Under the pieces are notes generated by a model, which had not been told where the DNA came from, did no database searches, and saw only the letters and a program-made list of their open reading frames with translations. The translations under genes and the position numbers were made by a program. Positions 38,379 to 48,960 of a stretch of DNA of 64,000 nucleotides are shown in pieces. The stretch's first letter is position 1, and the number at the start of each line of letters is the position of its first letter. Source of the stretch: Candidatus Bathyarchaeia archaeon (GTDB lineage: Archaea > Thermoproteota > Bathyarchaeia > 40CM-2-53-6); contig JBEKVV010000003.1 of the NCBI GenBank assembly GCA_049513715.1, forward strand, positions 352,001 through 416,000, given 5' to 3'.

Positions 38379-39434
38379 TCACGACTTTCTCCGTCCCATG
38401 AGGTATTGACCGGCTGCTAAGCTGAAGAGGATGATTCCTTCGATTGTGTAGACTAATGCGAAAGGAACTTGGGCAGCGCTTTGCATTGCTTCGGCGCCAA
38501 CGACAAAGTAGCTTATGACAAGGGAAGCTACAGCGGTGCCTATTACAGACGTCCCACCAAGCATCGCGACGACTATTGCAATGTAGCCATAGCCCGACGG
38601 GTAACCTGGGTCGAGAGTGAATATCACGCCGCTTACGTGAATAGCTCCAGCGAGGCCTGCCATCGCACCCGCTAGAAGCAGAGTAACCATGTAGACTCTC
38701 GGAATGCTGATACCCGCATATCTTGCGGCCTCTTGATTCCTTCCCACAGTTCTAACTTGAAGTCCGAATGAGGTCCTCTCACTTAGCAAATAGAAGACAA
38801 GCACCAAACCGACCGCGATCACGATACCGAATCCAAGCCTTGTCGCAGGAATTAGTTTCGGAATTCTCAGGTCAGGGGGTAACATATCTGAGATTAGATA
38901 ACCAAACGAAGCTTTCCCCCGAATGGGTCCGTCGAGAGCATAAAGTAGGAAGTTCGATGCAACAAGATTTAGCAGAAGAGTGACTACGATCTCATTGGCT
39001 CCAAACCTAGCCTTCAGGAGCGCCGGAACAACCATCCACAGCAGGCCCCCTGCGGCGCCTGCCAACATCATCAGAACAACTAGAATTGGGGCCGGTATCG
39101 AGTTGACGTGGAAGGCAACGTACATCGCCATAACGCTCCCAACAATGAACTGTCCTTCGGCGCCAACATTCCAAACTCCAGCTCTCATACCAAGTGCGAT
39201 ACCCAAACCCATGATTAGGAGTACGGTTACTCGAACGAAAATCTCACTAAAAGAGTAGACACTAGATATCGGGCTTAACAAAAGGGAGATCGAGGCTGCT
39301 CTAAGGTCGCCACCTATCGCGGCGACTAGAGTTAGCCCCGAAACTATGCCGACTGCCAGTGCGAGGGCGTTGTAGCCCACGCCACGTAGTCGTGCTACGG
39401 TTTGCACTGCGGTTGGTTTGCGTTGTCGAAGCAC
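38379..39434 (-). CDS. Nucleoside ABC transporter permease (start may be downstream GTG)
   Basis: WNVGAEGQ, LKARFGANEIVVTLLLN, AARYAGI, GYGY.AIVVAMLG. Confidence 0.9.
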   Translation of the reverse strand: MLRQRKPTAVQTVARLRGVGYNALALAVGIVSGLTLVAAIGGDLRAASISLLLSPISSVYSFSEIFVRVTVLLIMGLGIALGMRAGVWNVGAEGQFIVGSVMAMYVAFHVNSIPAPILVVLMMLAGAAGGLLWMVVPALLKARFGANEIVVTLLLNLVASNFLLYALDGPIRGKASFGYLISDMLPPDLRIPKLIPATRLGFGIVIAVGLVLVFYLLSERTSFGLQVRTVGRNQEAARYAGISIPRVYMVTLLLAGAMAGLAGAIHVSGVIFTLDPGYPSGYGYIAIVVAMLGGTSVIGTAVASLVISYFVVGAEAMQSAAQVPFALVYTIEGIILFSLAAGQYLMGRRKS

Positions 39435-40501
39435 GTTGGATCCAACGTGTATGGAAGACCATTCAATCTAATGTTAAATTGTTGTTGTAGGAGCGCAGCC
39501 TGGAAGTTCGCAGGCACTGTAGACCCAAATTCGCCTAGGGAAACCATGCCGGAGAACAGGTCTGCTTGCAGCCAGATGTTCTTGTAATCGCCTCTGACGT
39601 AAGATGCGAGCGCTGAAAGGTACGCAATGTCCCAGTGCACTACGATGCTTTGCATTATGTGTGTTGGATCTAGGTGTGCTGCGTCTGTGTAGCATCCGGT
39701 CATCATTATGTTTCTTTCCGCAGCCGCTTGTCTGACTCCGACGTCAACTCCATCTCCACTGCTGAAAATGAAATCAACGCCCTGGTCTGCCATTTGTTCT
39801 GCTGACTTCTTTGCCCCCGCTACGTCCGCCCACGAGAACGGCATCCATGTTTGAATGAACGTTACGCTTGGGTTCGAGTGCAATGCACCGCGCATGAATG
39901 CCTCGTGGCCTTCCCAGATTGAGGGAACTCGGCCGCCACCAATCAAGCCGAGCTTGTTGGTCTTGGTCATGTTTCCTGCTAGGAGACCCATCAGGTAGGC
40001 ACTGTCAGCCATGTACCACCACACATCACCAACGTTACTTGGATCAGTGCCATCATGGCCGCCTTTGAAGCAGTCGACGCAAAGGAAGAGGGTGTTGGGG
40101 AACTGTGGAGCGATTTTGATGAACATGTCTTGGTATTGAATACCCTGTCCAATGATCACATTGTAGCCCTGGGTTGCCCATTGAGTGGCAACTGGTTCAG
40201 CTTTGGTTCCATCAAACAGGTTTTCTGCTACAGAAGCGTTGAAGCCAAACTGATCGCCCAGTAACTTGATAGAATGATCCGCTTGGTAGTTCCATGAATA
40301 GTCTTCTGGCGTTATTGGCAGAATAAGGCCTACTTTGAGTTTCGCGAAAGCGCTGGCCATCTCACCGGTGACCGTTGTAGTTACTGTAGTCATTGCGCCC
40401 CCGCCTTGACTAGGCATCATAGAGGGGCCGACGAAAATACCGATTACGAGTCCGACGACGAGCATTACGATCATAGCAACCGCTGTGATAGATTGTTTCA
40501 T
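39395..40501 (-). CDS. BMP-family ABC substrate-binding protein
   Basis: TM anchor plus Thr linker, D.SWN, LAG.MTKTNKLG.IGG, W.D..AK..A..QGVD.I. Confidence 0.88.
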   Translation of the reverse strand: MKQSITAVAMIVMLVVGLVIGIFVGPSMMPSQGGGAMTTVTTTVTGEMASAFAKLKVGLILPITPEDYSWNYQADHSIKLLGDQFGFNASVAENLFDGTKAEPVATQWATQGYNVIIGQGIQYQDMFIKIAPQFPNTLFLCVDCFKGGHDGTDPSNVGDVWWYMADSAYLMGLLAGNMTKTNKLGLIGGGRVPSIWEGHEAFMRGALHSNPSVTFIQTWMPFSWADVAGAKKSAEQMADQGVDFIFSSGDGVDVGVRQAAAERNIMMTGCYTDAAHLDPTHIMQSIVVHWDIAYLSALASYVRGDYKNIWLQADLFSGMVSLGEFGSTVPANFQAALLQQQFNIRLNGLPYTLDPTCFDNANQPQCKP

Positions 40502-40918
40502 ATTTTCTCAGAGTTGGGAAGCTCCCCTTTTACATTAAAGGCTTTGCAATGAAAGTCTTACACGAAAAATGAGAATGGGTACTGTAATAATTCACAATAC
40601 TTCCATCTACTATCCGCTGCTCAGAACGCCTTATGAGAGGCTAATGCCAAGGCCAATGCCAGTTTAAGAACCCCAAGAATCGGCACGCACCCCGTCGACA
40701 ATACACCGATAGGACAGTTGCACTTTACGATGTGGAGTCAATGCCGAAAAAGTGGACATCTAAGCACGTACCCGGCCCAACATAGACGCAAGGTTAGTCT
40801 ACGTCGGTTGAGATGGGAATCGAAATTGATTCCATCAAAGGTGCCTCATGTTGTCAGTTTGATGGACGGAAGATAAATCTGGGACTCGGCAGAGTCCTAA
40901 CATGAAAGGGTAAGCAAA

Positions 40919-41218
40919 TTGCCAATCAAGGTCAAACTGCACGGCCGGATTAGAACAGCTGTCGGCTCGGACGAAATAGAACTCCCGGGTGCAGTGAATA
41001 CTGCCGGTGAACTACTAGAAGGACTGGTGCGCAAACTTGGACCCGATGTTAGTCGATACATATTCGACCCTGGAACGAATGAGATGAGCCCAACCCTAGT
41101 TCTGCTTGTAAACGGCCACAGCATCAAAATGCTTGAAGGCTTGAGAACCACACTAGTCGAACGAGATACAGTCTCGATCGATAGCGTTGACATTATGGAA
41201 ATAGTAGGAGGGGGATGA
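40919..41218 (+). CDS. MoaD/SAMP ubiquitin-like sulfur carrier
   Basis: Beta-grasp pattern, LLVNG..I..LEGL.T.L, C-terminal VGGG. Confidence 0.85.
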   Translation: MPIKVKLHGRIRTAVGSDEIELPGAVNTAGELLEGLVRKLGPDVSRYIFDPGTNEMSPTLVLLVNGHSIKMLEGLRTTLVERDTVSIDSVDIMEIVGGG

Positions 41219-41269
41219 CCGAAGGAAGAGAAGGAAACAAAGAAGAGCGAAACCGAAGCCGACGTCGCG

Positions 41270-42037
41270 CTAGTCTACGAAAGCAACGACTCTAGCGAAG
41301 GCTGCTTCTCCTCCACGGAACTTCCAAGGGAAGCATCCAATAGTAACACGCTTGTTCAGGAGTTTCTCAATGTCTCCCCCTAGGTTCTCTATGTGTATGC
41401 AGTCGTGTGGGAAGAGCACGTTGTGTGTGAGTTGGTAATCTTCCTCAGGGAAGAGCTTGTCAACATTCTCCTTCCCAAATTTCTTTTCGCATAGCGCGCG
41501 AACCTTTGGAGCAACCCGTGGCAAGAATCTTCCAATGGGCAGGTTCATGGGGTGATCCGTTGAGACTGCGTCCACTCCCCAGAGTTTGATCTTTCGGCCC
41601 AATATCCAGTCGCACCACTCCCTTGTAGGGCCAGGGTGTCGGTGAATATACCGTTCCTCGTCGGCCATCCCTTGGGGTTGGTACCAGCTATATCTGTGAA
41701 ATCCCGTATGCAGAATCAGGATGTCCCCGTCGTGTAGGTCGACCCGTTTTTCAACCATCTGTGGAGTATAGATGCCGAGATCTCCAACATCGCTTACGTC
41801 AACGATGACTCCTGGACCGTACAGTTGTTCCAGCGGAATCTTCTCAATGTCCTTTCCGCCTGTAACGAAATGTAGGGGCGCATCAAGGTGCGTTCCCATA
41901 TGGTTTGAGGTTTGTATGTACTGAGCGTTTACTCCGTGTTCCGCTTTTCTCTTGATGAATTTGACCTCAAAGGGCGGATATAACGGCCAGAAAGGCGCTT
42001 CTTGATTAAGAGGCTGTGATAAGTCGACCAGTTTCAT
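41270..42037 (-). CDS. Cyclase-family metal hydrolase (kynurenine formamidase-like)
   Basis: HMGTHLDAPLH (HxGTHxDxPxH), GVDAVSTDHP, HIENLG. Confidence 0.9.
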   Translation of the reverse strand: MKLVDLSQPLNQEAPFWPLYPPFEVKFIKRKAEHGVNAQYIQTSNHMGTHLDAPLHFVTGGKDIEKIPLEQLYGPGVIVDVSDVGDLGIYTPQMVEKRVDLHDGDILILHTGFHRYSWYQPQGMADEERYIHRHPGPTREWCDWILGRKIKLWGVDAVSTDHPMNLPIGRFLPRVAPKVRALCEKKFGKENVDKLFPEEDYQLTHNVLFPHDCIHIENLGGDIEKLLNKRVTIGCFPWKFRGGEAAFARVVAFVD

Positions 42038-42216
42038 TTCTGAACCTCACCCTAGGAGCTTCGCGGCAGAATTTAAGAGCTACGTAAATAAAACGACTTT
42101 GGACAGTAGACTGGAATCAACACTTTTCGACAAGGACTACGACGCTATTCTTAACCTTAGAATTCGGGCATCACAGCAATATAGCTGGGTCAGGTGACCT
42201 CTTTCGTGTATCCCTT

Positions 42217-42663
42217 TTGCATTTCGAATCGAAAGCTGTTGTAAAGGCACCTGTCGACAAATTGTGGAACTTTATCTCAACACCTGACTCAATTGCACAG
42301 TGTCTCCCGGGTGTCGTGGAATACAAAGTGCTCGAAGACAAGAGGATCGAAGCGAAAGCGAAAATTGGCATTGGGTTCATCAAGGGGACCTTCAAAATCC
42401 ACAGTCGAGTTACAGAAGAAGACCCTGTGAACCATCACGCGAAACTTCTGGTCGACGGCTCCGGAGTGACAAGCGCGTTCAAAGCGGATATTCTCCTCAA
42501 CTGCAATCCTCACCCTGAAGGCACTGAGTTGAGCTGGGTCGCAGATGCCACAATAAGCGGCCCACTTGGAAGTGTTGCCAAGGGTCTACTTGAGGGCGCT
42601 GCTCAGAAGATTGTGAGTCAGACACTAGAGTGTGTCACGCAGAAAGTGTCCCAGTCGACTTAA
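42217..42663 (+). CDS. CoxG/SRPBCC family protein
   Basis: VKAPVDKLW.F..P...AQCLPG, IG.IKG.F, L.W.AD..ISG.L. Confidence 0.85.
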   Translation: MHFESKAVVKAPVDKLWNFISTPDSIAQCLPGVVEYKVLEDKRIEAKAKIGIGFIKGTFKIHSRVTEEDPVNHHAKLLVDGSGVTSAFKADILLNCNPHPEGTELSWVADATISGPLGSVAKGLLEGAAQKIVSQTLECVTQKVSQST

Positions 42664-42725
42664 CCTGAATTGCTGACCCTCGGCTCTAAGAAGACTAACG
42701 AGCCAACTGAGGTTGTATGTGAGAT

Positions 42726-45074
42726 TTGAGCTACAAGTATGTTGGTAAGGAGATTCCCCGCGTCGATGCTTTCGAAAAAGTAACGGGCATGACGAAGTTC
42801 GTTGCGGATATGGAAGTTCCGGGGATGCTTTATGCAAAGTTCCTTCGAAGTCCGCACGCCCACGCACGAATCGTCAGAATTGACACCAAACGAGCAGAAG
42901 GATTTCCGGGTGTTGTAGCAGCTATCACTGGTCAAGCTTTCCCCTACAGGATGGGGTTGTATGTCAGGGACAAAATGGTCTTGGCCAAAGACAAGGTAAG
43001 ATGGGCCGGGGAACCTGTCGCAGCCATCGCTGCTGAAAGCGAAGAGGCGGCCGAAGAGGCGATAGAACTAATCGACGTTGAATACGAGCCTCTGCCCGCG
43101 GTTTTTGACGTTAATTTAGCGCTCAAACCAAGTTCACCGCTCGTTCACGAGGAACTCGCTCAGTATGAGCATTCCCCCGCGTACACTCCAGTTCCCGGTA
43201 CCAACATAGCGAACATCTTCAAAGTGCGAAAGGGCGACACTAAAGCCGGTTTCGAAAAGGCAAGCACGATAGTCGAAAACGAATTCTCGATGCCGCAGGT
43301 CAGTCACGCCGCCATGGAACCGCGTGCATGCATAGCCCAATACTTCCAAGACGGAAGCGCCGAGGTGTGGACGTGCGCACAGTCGCCTTTTGCTGTGAGA
43401 TACATACTGAGCCACGCGCTCGGAATTCCACTGCAGAAGATCAATGTCCACGTACCCCACGTTGGCGGCGGGTTCGGTGGCAAAGCAGGAATAAACTTTG
43501 AACCCCTCGTAGTTCTCCTTTCAAAATTCTCCGGAGGCCGCCCCGTCAAACTTCTCTTGACTCGAGAAGAGGAATTTACAACGGCCCCGCTCAGACAAGG
43601 ATTCTACGGATGGATCAAAACCGGAGTTGACAGGCAAGGAAAGATAGTCGCCGAGCAAATGAAATACGTCTATGATGCTGGAGCCTACGCTGACTACGGG
43701 GTGAACATCGGCCGCGCCGCAGGATACTCTTGCACGGGTCCCTATGAAGTCCCGAACATCTACTGCGACTCCATTACGGTTTATACGAACCACCCCTATG
43801 GAACCGCCTACCGTGGCTTTGGTCATCTTGAGTTCCTCTGGGCGATAGAAAGACAGTTGGACATTATCGCGAAGAAGACCGGTCTAGACCCTGTTGAAAT
43901 CAGGCTGAGAAACGCTCTGCGCCCAGGCTCAATCACCGCCACCGGTGAGAAGTTGAGAGAGGACTCGGGCAGAGTGGATCAGTGCATCAGGGACGTCGCC
44001 GAAAAGATTGGGTGGGGAAAGAAGCCTGCCGGTGCAGAGAACGGGAAATTATACGGAATCGGAATCGCCGCACTTTGGAAGGCACCCGCGATGCCACCAA
44101 ACGCGGGCTCTTCTGCCATCATAAAATTCAACGAAGATGGAAGCGCCAACCTCGCTGTCGGAGTAACCGAGATCGGACAGGGAACAACAACGAGCCTCGC
44201 ACAGATGGTCGCTGAAGAGTTGGGCATGCCCATCGAGAAAATCAAAGTCATTACAGAAAGAAACACGGACCTAACGCCATACTCCTGGCAGACGGTTGCA
44301 AGCCGAAACCTCTTCATGGAAGGTAGAGCCGTGATCAGCGCTGCACGGGACGCAAGAAACCAAATCATTGAGATGGCATCGCAAGCCCTGAGAGTTCCAA
44401 AAGAAGAACTAGTTCTCGACAACGACATGGTCTTCCCCAAAGGGGAACCCGACAAAGGCATTCCACTCCAGCAATTCGCGATGGGTTATACATACCCGAA
44501 CGGAACCGCAATAGGTGGCCCCGTAATCGGTCATGGATCATATGTTCCACGCGGATTGACATACCTCAACCCGGAGACTGGACAAGGGTTCCCAGCACTC
44601 GACTGGACCTTCGGAGCGCAAGCAGTCAAGATTGAAGTCGACCCAGAGACCGGCGAAGTGAAGGTCTTGAAGGTCGCTTCAGCATTCGATATAGGCAAGA
44701 CCATCAACCCACTCCTGGTGCGTGGACAAGTCTACGGCGGTATGCTCCAATCACTCGGCATCGGCGTGATGGAAGGATACATCTACGACGAAAAGGGCTC
44801 TATGCTCAACAGCAATTTCACTGACTATAAGATCGCAAGAGCTACTGACATGCCTCCAGAACACATCCTCACTCTGATCGAGAACCCACAATCCGACGGA
44901 CCATTCGGCGCTAGAGGTATAGGGGAACTGACAATGCTCTCGATTCCCCCAGCAATTGCCAGCGCCATCTCCAACGCCACAGGCGTGGAAATGTTCAATC
45001 TTCCCATGACACAGGAGCGAATCTGGGCCGCCATTATGGAACAGAAACCAGAACTGCTCAAAGGAGGGAAATGA
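42726..45074 (+). CDS. Xanthine dehydrogenase/CoxL-like Mo large subunit
   Basis: PRVDA.EKVTG, GGGFGGK, AYRGFG, TVASR, GIGE. Confidence 0.93.
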   Translation: MSYKYVGKEIPRVDAFEKVTGMTKFVADMEVPGMLYAKFLRSPHAHARIVRIDTKRAEGFPGVVAAITGQAFPYRMGLYVRDKMVLAKDKVRWAGEPVAAIAAESEEAAEEAIELIDVEYEPLPAVFDVNLALKPSSPLVHEELAQYEHSPAYTPVPGTNIANIFKVRKGDTKAGFEKASTIVENEFSMPQVSHAAMEPRACIAQYFQDGSAEVWTCAQSPFAVRYILSHALGIPLQKINVHVPHVGGGFGGKAGINFEPLVVLLSKFSGGRPVKLLLTREEEFTTAPLRQGFYGWIKTGVDRQGKIVAEQMKYVYDAGAYADYGVNIGRAAGYSCTGPYEVPNIYCDSITVYTNHPYGTAYRGFGHLEFLWAIERQLDIIAKKTGLDPVEIRLRNALRPGSITATGEKLREDSGRVDQCIRDVAEKIGWGKKPAGAENGKLYGIGIAALWKAPAMPPNAGSSAIIKFNEDGSANLAVGVTEIGQGTTTSLAQMVAEELGMPIEKIKVITERNTDLTPYSWQTVASRNLFMEGRAVISAARDARNQIIEMASQALRVPKEELVLDNDMVFPKGEPDKGIPLQQFAMGYTYPNGTAIGGPVIGHGSYVPRGLTYLNPETGQGFPALDWTFGAQAVKIEVDPETGEVKVLKVASAFDIGKTINPLLVRGQVYGGMLQSLGIGVMEGYIYDEKGSMLNSNFTDYKIARATDMPPEHILTLIENPQSDGPFGARGIGELTMLSIPPAIASAISNATGVEMFNLPMTQERIWAAIMEQKPELLKGGK

Positions 45075-45078
45075 GAAG

Positions 45079-45942
45079 TTGCTTCCGAAATTCGATTACC
45101 TCGCACCACAAACCATCGAAGAAACCCTCACACTCCTAAACGAGCACAGAGGTGACGCCAAATTGCTCGCAGGCGGCACAGACATCATCGTTAATCTGAG
45201 AGCGAGACAGGAACACGCCAAATACCTCATCGACATCAAAGATGTGAAGGAACTTCAGCATATCTCATTCGACGAGAAAGGCGGGCTAACTCTCGGCGCT
45301 GCAGTTACCCTGAACCAACTAATTCACCATGACATGGTTTCAAAGATCTACCCAATTCTCGGAGAAGCTGCGAGCACGATAGGTGATTATGAGATTCGTA
45401 ACAGGGCCACGCTCGTAGGCAACATATGCAACGCCTCACCAGCGGCGGACACTGCGCCTGCCCTCTTGATTCTGGACGCAACCGTCAATGTCTCAAGCAC
45501 TGCAGGCAAGCGAAAAGTCCCGATTAGAGAATTCTTCACGGGCGTTAAGAAGACGAGCTTGGTAGGCAACGAACTTGTAACCTCAGTGAATGTGCCCATT
45601 CCCCCTGAAAAATCCCAAGCGGGCTACCTGAAAGCCCGCAGGACAACAGGAGAAGACGTGGCCGTGATTGGGGTAGCAGGACTCGTAGCTCCAAACGGCA
45701 AAGATGCGAAGAGTGTCAGACTCGCATATGCGTCACTGGCGCCGACACCAGTCCGAGCATACGATGCGGAGAAGATCTTTGAGAAAAGGAAACCGGTTAA
45801 CCAGCTTCTAGACGAAGCAATGCCCGCGGTAATGAAAGTGGTCTCACCGATTTCTGATGTAAGAGCCGGCAAAGAATACCGTGCTAACCTAGTCAGGGTA
45901 CTGACGAAGAGATTAGTGCAACGACTGTGGGAGGCAATCTAA
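45079..45942 (+). CDS. Mo-enzyme FAD subunit (CoxM-like)
   Basis: LAGGTD, IRNRATLVGNICNASPAAD, PISDVRA..EYR. Confidence 0.93.
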   Translation: MLPKFDYLAPQTIEETLTLLNEHRGDAKLLAGGTDIIVNLRARQEHAKYLIDIKDVKELQHISFDEKGGLTLGAAVTLNQLIHHDMVSKIYPILGEAASTIGDYEIRNRATLVGNICNASPAADTAPALLILDATVNVSSTAGKRKVPIREFFTGVKKTSLVGNELVTSVNVPIPPEKSQAGYLKARRTTGEDVAVIGVAGLVAPNGKDAKSVRLAYASLAPTPVRAYDAEKIFEKRKPVNQLLDEAMPAVMKVVSPISDVRAGKEYRANLVRVLTKRLVQRLWEAI

Positions 45943-46413
45943 TTGGCTAAACATACGATTGATCTTACTGTGAACGAAAAACACCACAGCATAGAGACAG
46001 AATCAAACAAGACATTGTTATGGGTCTTGCGACACAAAATAGGATTGACTGGCACCAAAACAGCGTGCGAACGCGGTGACTGTGGTCTCTGCACGGTACT
46101 CATTGATGACGAACCAGTGAAATCATGCCTGATTCTTGCAGTCGAAGCTAACGGTCGAAAGATTACAACCATTGAGGGACTTACCAAGGATGGCGCGCTC
46201 TCACCGATTCAAACCAAATTCATTGAACACGGTGCTCTTCAATGCGGTTTCTGCACACCGGCAGCAGTCCTCTCAGCCACAGCCCTACTCAAGCGAAACC
46301 CGTCACCAACACGAGAGCAAGTCATCGAATCCGTAGAGCCCGTACTATGCAGATGCACAGGTTACAGGCAAATCGTTGACGCAATTCTGGATGCGTCAAA
46401 AGCGAAAACCTGA
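45943..46413 (+). CDS. Mo-enzyme 2Fe-2S subunit (CoxS-like)
   Basis: CERGDCGLCT, QCGFCTP, LCRCTGY. Confidence 0.94.
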   Translation: MAKHTIDLTVNEKHHSIETESNKTLLWVLRHKIGLTGTKTACERGDCGLCTVLIDDEPVKSCLILAVEANGRKITTIEGLTKDGALSPIQTKFIEHGALQCGFCTPAAVLSATALLKRNPSPTREQVIESVEPVLCRCTGYRQIVDAILDASKAKT

Positions 46414-46414
46414 C

Positions 46415-46462
46415 TTTTCCACAAATCATCCTGACCTGTCAGATATTGCAAAATGTGGAAAA
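46415..46462. terminator. Nested inverted repeat after first L-M-S operon (possible terminator or operator)
   Basis: TTTTCCACA (46415-23) / TGTGGAAAA (46454-62) enclosing CTGAC-ct-GTCAG. Confidence 0.3.
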
Positions 46463-46583
46463 CGGCCTAGAATCGGTCCACATTAGAATCTCAAAAAGCG
46501 CTGAAATCATCGAGCGCTATCCGATATCATTAAAGCGACAACGTAATTCACTCTAATCACCCGTTCAATCTGAGCCGGTCAAA

Positions 46584-48959
46584 ATGGTATACATTGGAAA
46601 GTCGATACCGCAACTCGATTCATTCCTGAAGGTCACCGGTACCGCAACCTACGCCTTCGATATTGAACTTCCAGGAATGTTGTACGCAAAGCTCGTAACA
46701 AGCCCACACGCCCACGCCCGAATAATGAAGATAGACACCAGCAAGGCGGAAAGCATCCCAGGAGTTGTGGCAGTAGCAACAGGGTCCGAATTCCCTTACA
46801 GATTGGGAATCTACGTTGGGGACAGAGATGTTCTTGCCGTGGACAAAGTCAGATGGGTAGGTCACCCAGTTGCTGCGGTTGTAGCCGAAACGTTGGAGGC
46901 TGCTGAACAGGCAATCGATCAGGTTGAAATTGATTACGAGCCATTACCCACTCTATTCGATCCTTTGGAGGCCCTCAAGCCTGATGCTCCCGTAATACAT
47001 GAGAAGATGTCGGAATACCGAGTCTCCCCCGCCTTCAAACCGATTCCTGGCACGAACATTGCGAATCAATTCAAGCTTGTCAGAGGAGACGTTAAGAGAG
47101 GCTTCCAAGAATGTGATATGATCATTGAGGGCGAGTTTGACATTCCTCACGTCACCCACGGATTCATGGAACTGCAGTCCGTCATAGCCGACTACAAGAA
47201 AGATGGCACTGTGGAGATTTGGACGAGCACACAATCACCATTCTCCACCCGATACCTCATGGCGTTGTCACTCGGAATACCAGTTAACAAGATCATAATC
47301 AAAGCACCACTGTGTGGCGGAGGGTTCGGCGGTAAGGTAGGAATCGGATGGGAGCCACTGGTGGCGCTCCTATCCAAGAAAGCCGGATACAAACCCGTCA
47401 AACTGGTTCTCTCAAGAAAAGAACAGTTCTGCTCTGCGCCTCTCAGAGAGGGATTCCACGCATCAGTCAAAGCGGGATTCAGAAAGGACGGAAAACTGTT
47501 CGCATACAAAGCACGTTTCGTGATGGACGCTGGCGGCTACGCTGACTACACCGTAAACGTTTGTCGAGCTGCTGGATATTCTTCTGAGGGATGCTACGAG
47601 GTTCCTAACATATACTGCGAGTCACTTGCCGTATACACTACAAAGGTTCCTACGTCAGCGATGAGAGGTTTCGGCTACCCAGAAAGCCACTGGGCACTAG
47701 AACGCATCATGGAAATGGCGGCTGAGAAACTGAAGATCGACCCAGTCGATATTCGCATGAAGAACCTCTTGAAACCAGGTATCTCTGAAACTGGGACGGG
47801 GGAGCGACTGCGAGAAGATGCCGGCGACCCTGTAAGCGTCCTGAAATCCGTGGCGCAATCACTCAATTGGGGAAAGCCCTCCGAGAAACCTACCCAACCC
47901 GGGCACTTCAGAGGGAGAGGCCTAGCGCTATGTCTCAAAGGACCAGCGCAACCACCGAACGCTGCTGCCTCAGCCATTTTGAAATTCAATGAAGACGTTT
48001 CCATCGACCTCATAATCGGCACAGGATCCTTCGGCCAAGGAACACCTACGGGCCTAAGTCAAATCGTCGCCGATGAACTAGGCATACCAATAGAGAAAGT
48101 TCGCGTCGGACTCGTCAGAAGCACCGACGTGTCCGCCTACACTTGGCAGACTGTTGGGAGCCGAGGTCTGTTCACGGACGGAATAGCCGTAATGGACGCG
48201 CTTAAGGATGTCAAATCCCAGATCAATGAAGTTGCGTCACAAGTTCTCAAAGTCAGACCTGATGATCTCGAAATTGCGAATGAACGGGTCTCCGTGAAAG
48301 GCAGCCCTTGGCATGGCCTTCCATTAAGCGAAGTTGTTTTCGGATACACGTACCCGGATGGAAGCTCAATCGGTGGACCCATCATTGGACATGGAAAATT
48401 CATGTCCTCACTTACAACTTACCTGAACCCCGACACCGGCCAAGGCGTTCCAACAATCTTCCACACTTTCGGCGGCTCCGGCGTCGAAATAGAAGTCGAT
48501 GTCTTAACGGGAGAAATTAAGATCCTGAAGGCCGTTTCAGCTTTCGATATCGGAAAGGCAGTGAACCCCCTACTGTTGAAAGGCCAGATTGATGGTGGTT
48601 TCATAATGGGACAGAGCGTTGCAATTCACGAAGAAGTCCTGTTCGATGACCAAGGGTGGGTCCTGAATCCAAATCTGTCCAATTACATGATTCTCAGAGC
48701 GAAAGAGGCACCCGACGAGATTGAAGGCATCCTAGTCGAAACACCGCAAAAAGATGGTCCGCATGGTGCTAGAGGAATCGGCGAACTTGTAATGGTGGCG
48801 GTTGCACCAGCCATTGCAAACGCGATCTTCCATGCAATCGGCGTTCAAATCACCAAGCTGCCAATGTCACCAGAAAACGTTTGGAAAGCAATCCAAGAAC
48901 AGAAACCAGAACTCATTGAGCAAGCGAAGCGCCAATTGAAAATGAACGGAGGCGAATGA
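46584..48959 (+). CDS. Xanthine dehydrogenase/CoxL-like Mo large subunit (paralog of 42726)
   Basis: KVTG, GGGFGGK, AMRGFG, TVGSR, GIGE; shares blocks with 42726 (PPNA..SAI.KFNED, GYTYP.G..IGGP.IGHG). Confidence 0.93.
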   Translation: MVYIGKSIPQLDSFLKVTGTATYAFDIELPGMLYAKLVTSPHAHARIMKIDTSKAESIPGVVAVATGSEFPYRLGIYVGDRDVLAVDKVRWVGHPVAAVVAETLEAAEQAIDQVEIDYEPLPTLFDPLEALKPDAPVIHEKMSEYRVSPAFKPIPGTNIANQFKLVRGDVKRGFQECDMIIEGEFDIPHVTHGFMELQSVIADYKKDGTVEIWTSTQSPFSTRYLMALSLGIPVNKIIIKAPLCGGGFGGKVGIGWEPLVALLSKKAGYKPVKLVLSRKEQFCSAPLREGFHASVKAGFRKDGKLFAYKARFVMDAGGYADYTVNVCRAAGYSSEGCYEVPNIYCESLAVYTTKVPTSAMRGFGYPESHWALERIMEMAAEKLKIDPVDIRMKNLLKPGISETGTGERLREDAGDPVSVLKSVAQSLNWGKPSEKPTQPGHFRGRGLALCLKGPAQPPNAAASAILKFNEDVSIDLIIGTGSFGQGTPTGLSQIVADELGIPIEKVRVGLVRSTDVSAYTWQTVGSRGLFTDGIAVMDALKDVKSQINEVASQVLKVRPDDLEIANERVSVKGSPWHGLPLSEVVFGYTYPDGSSIGGPIIGHGKFMSSLTTYLNPDTGQGVPTIFHTFGGSGVEIEVDVLTGEIKILKAVSAFDIGKAVNPLLLKGQIDGGFIMGQSVAIHEEVLFDDQGWVLNPNLSNYMILRAKEAPDEIEGILVETPQKDGPHGARGIGELVMVAVAPAIANAIFHAIGVQITKLPMSPENVWKAIQEQKPELIEQAKRQLKMNGGE

Positions 48960-48960
48960 G

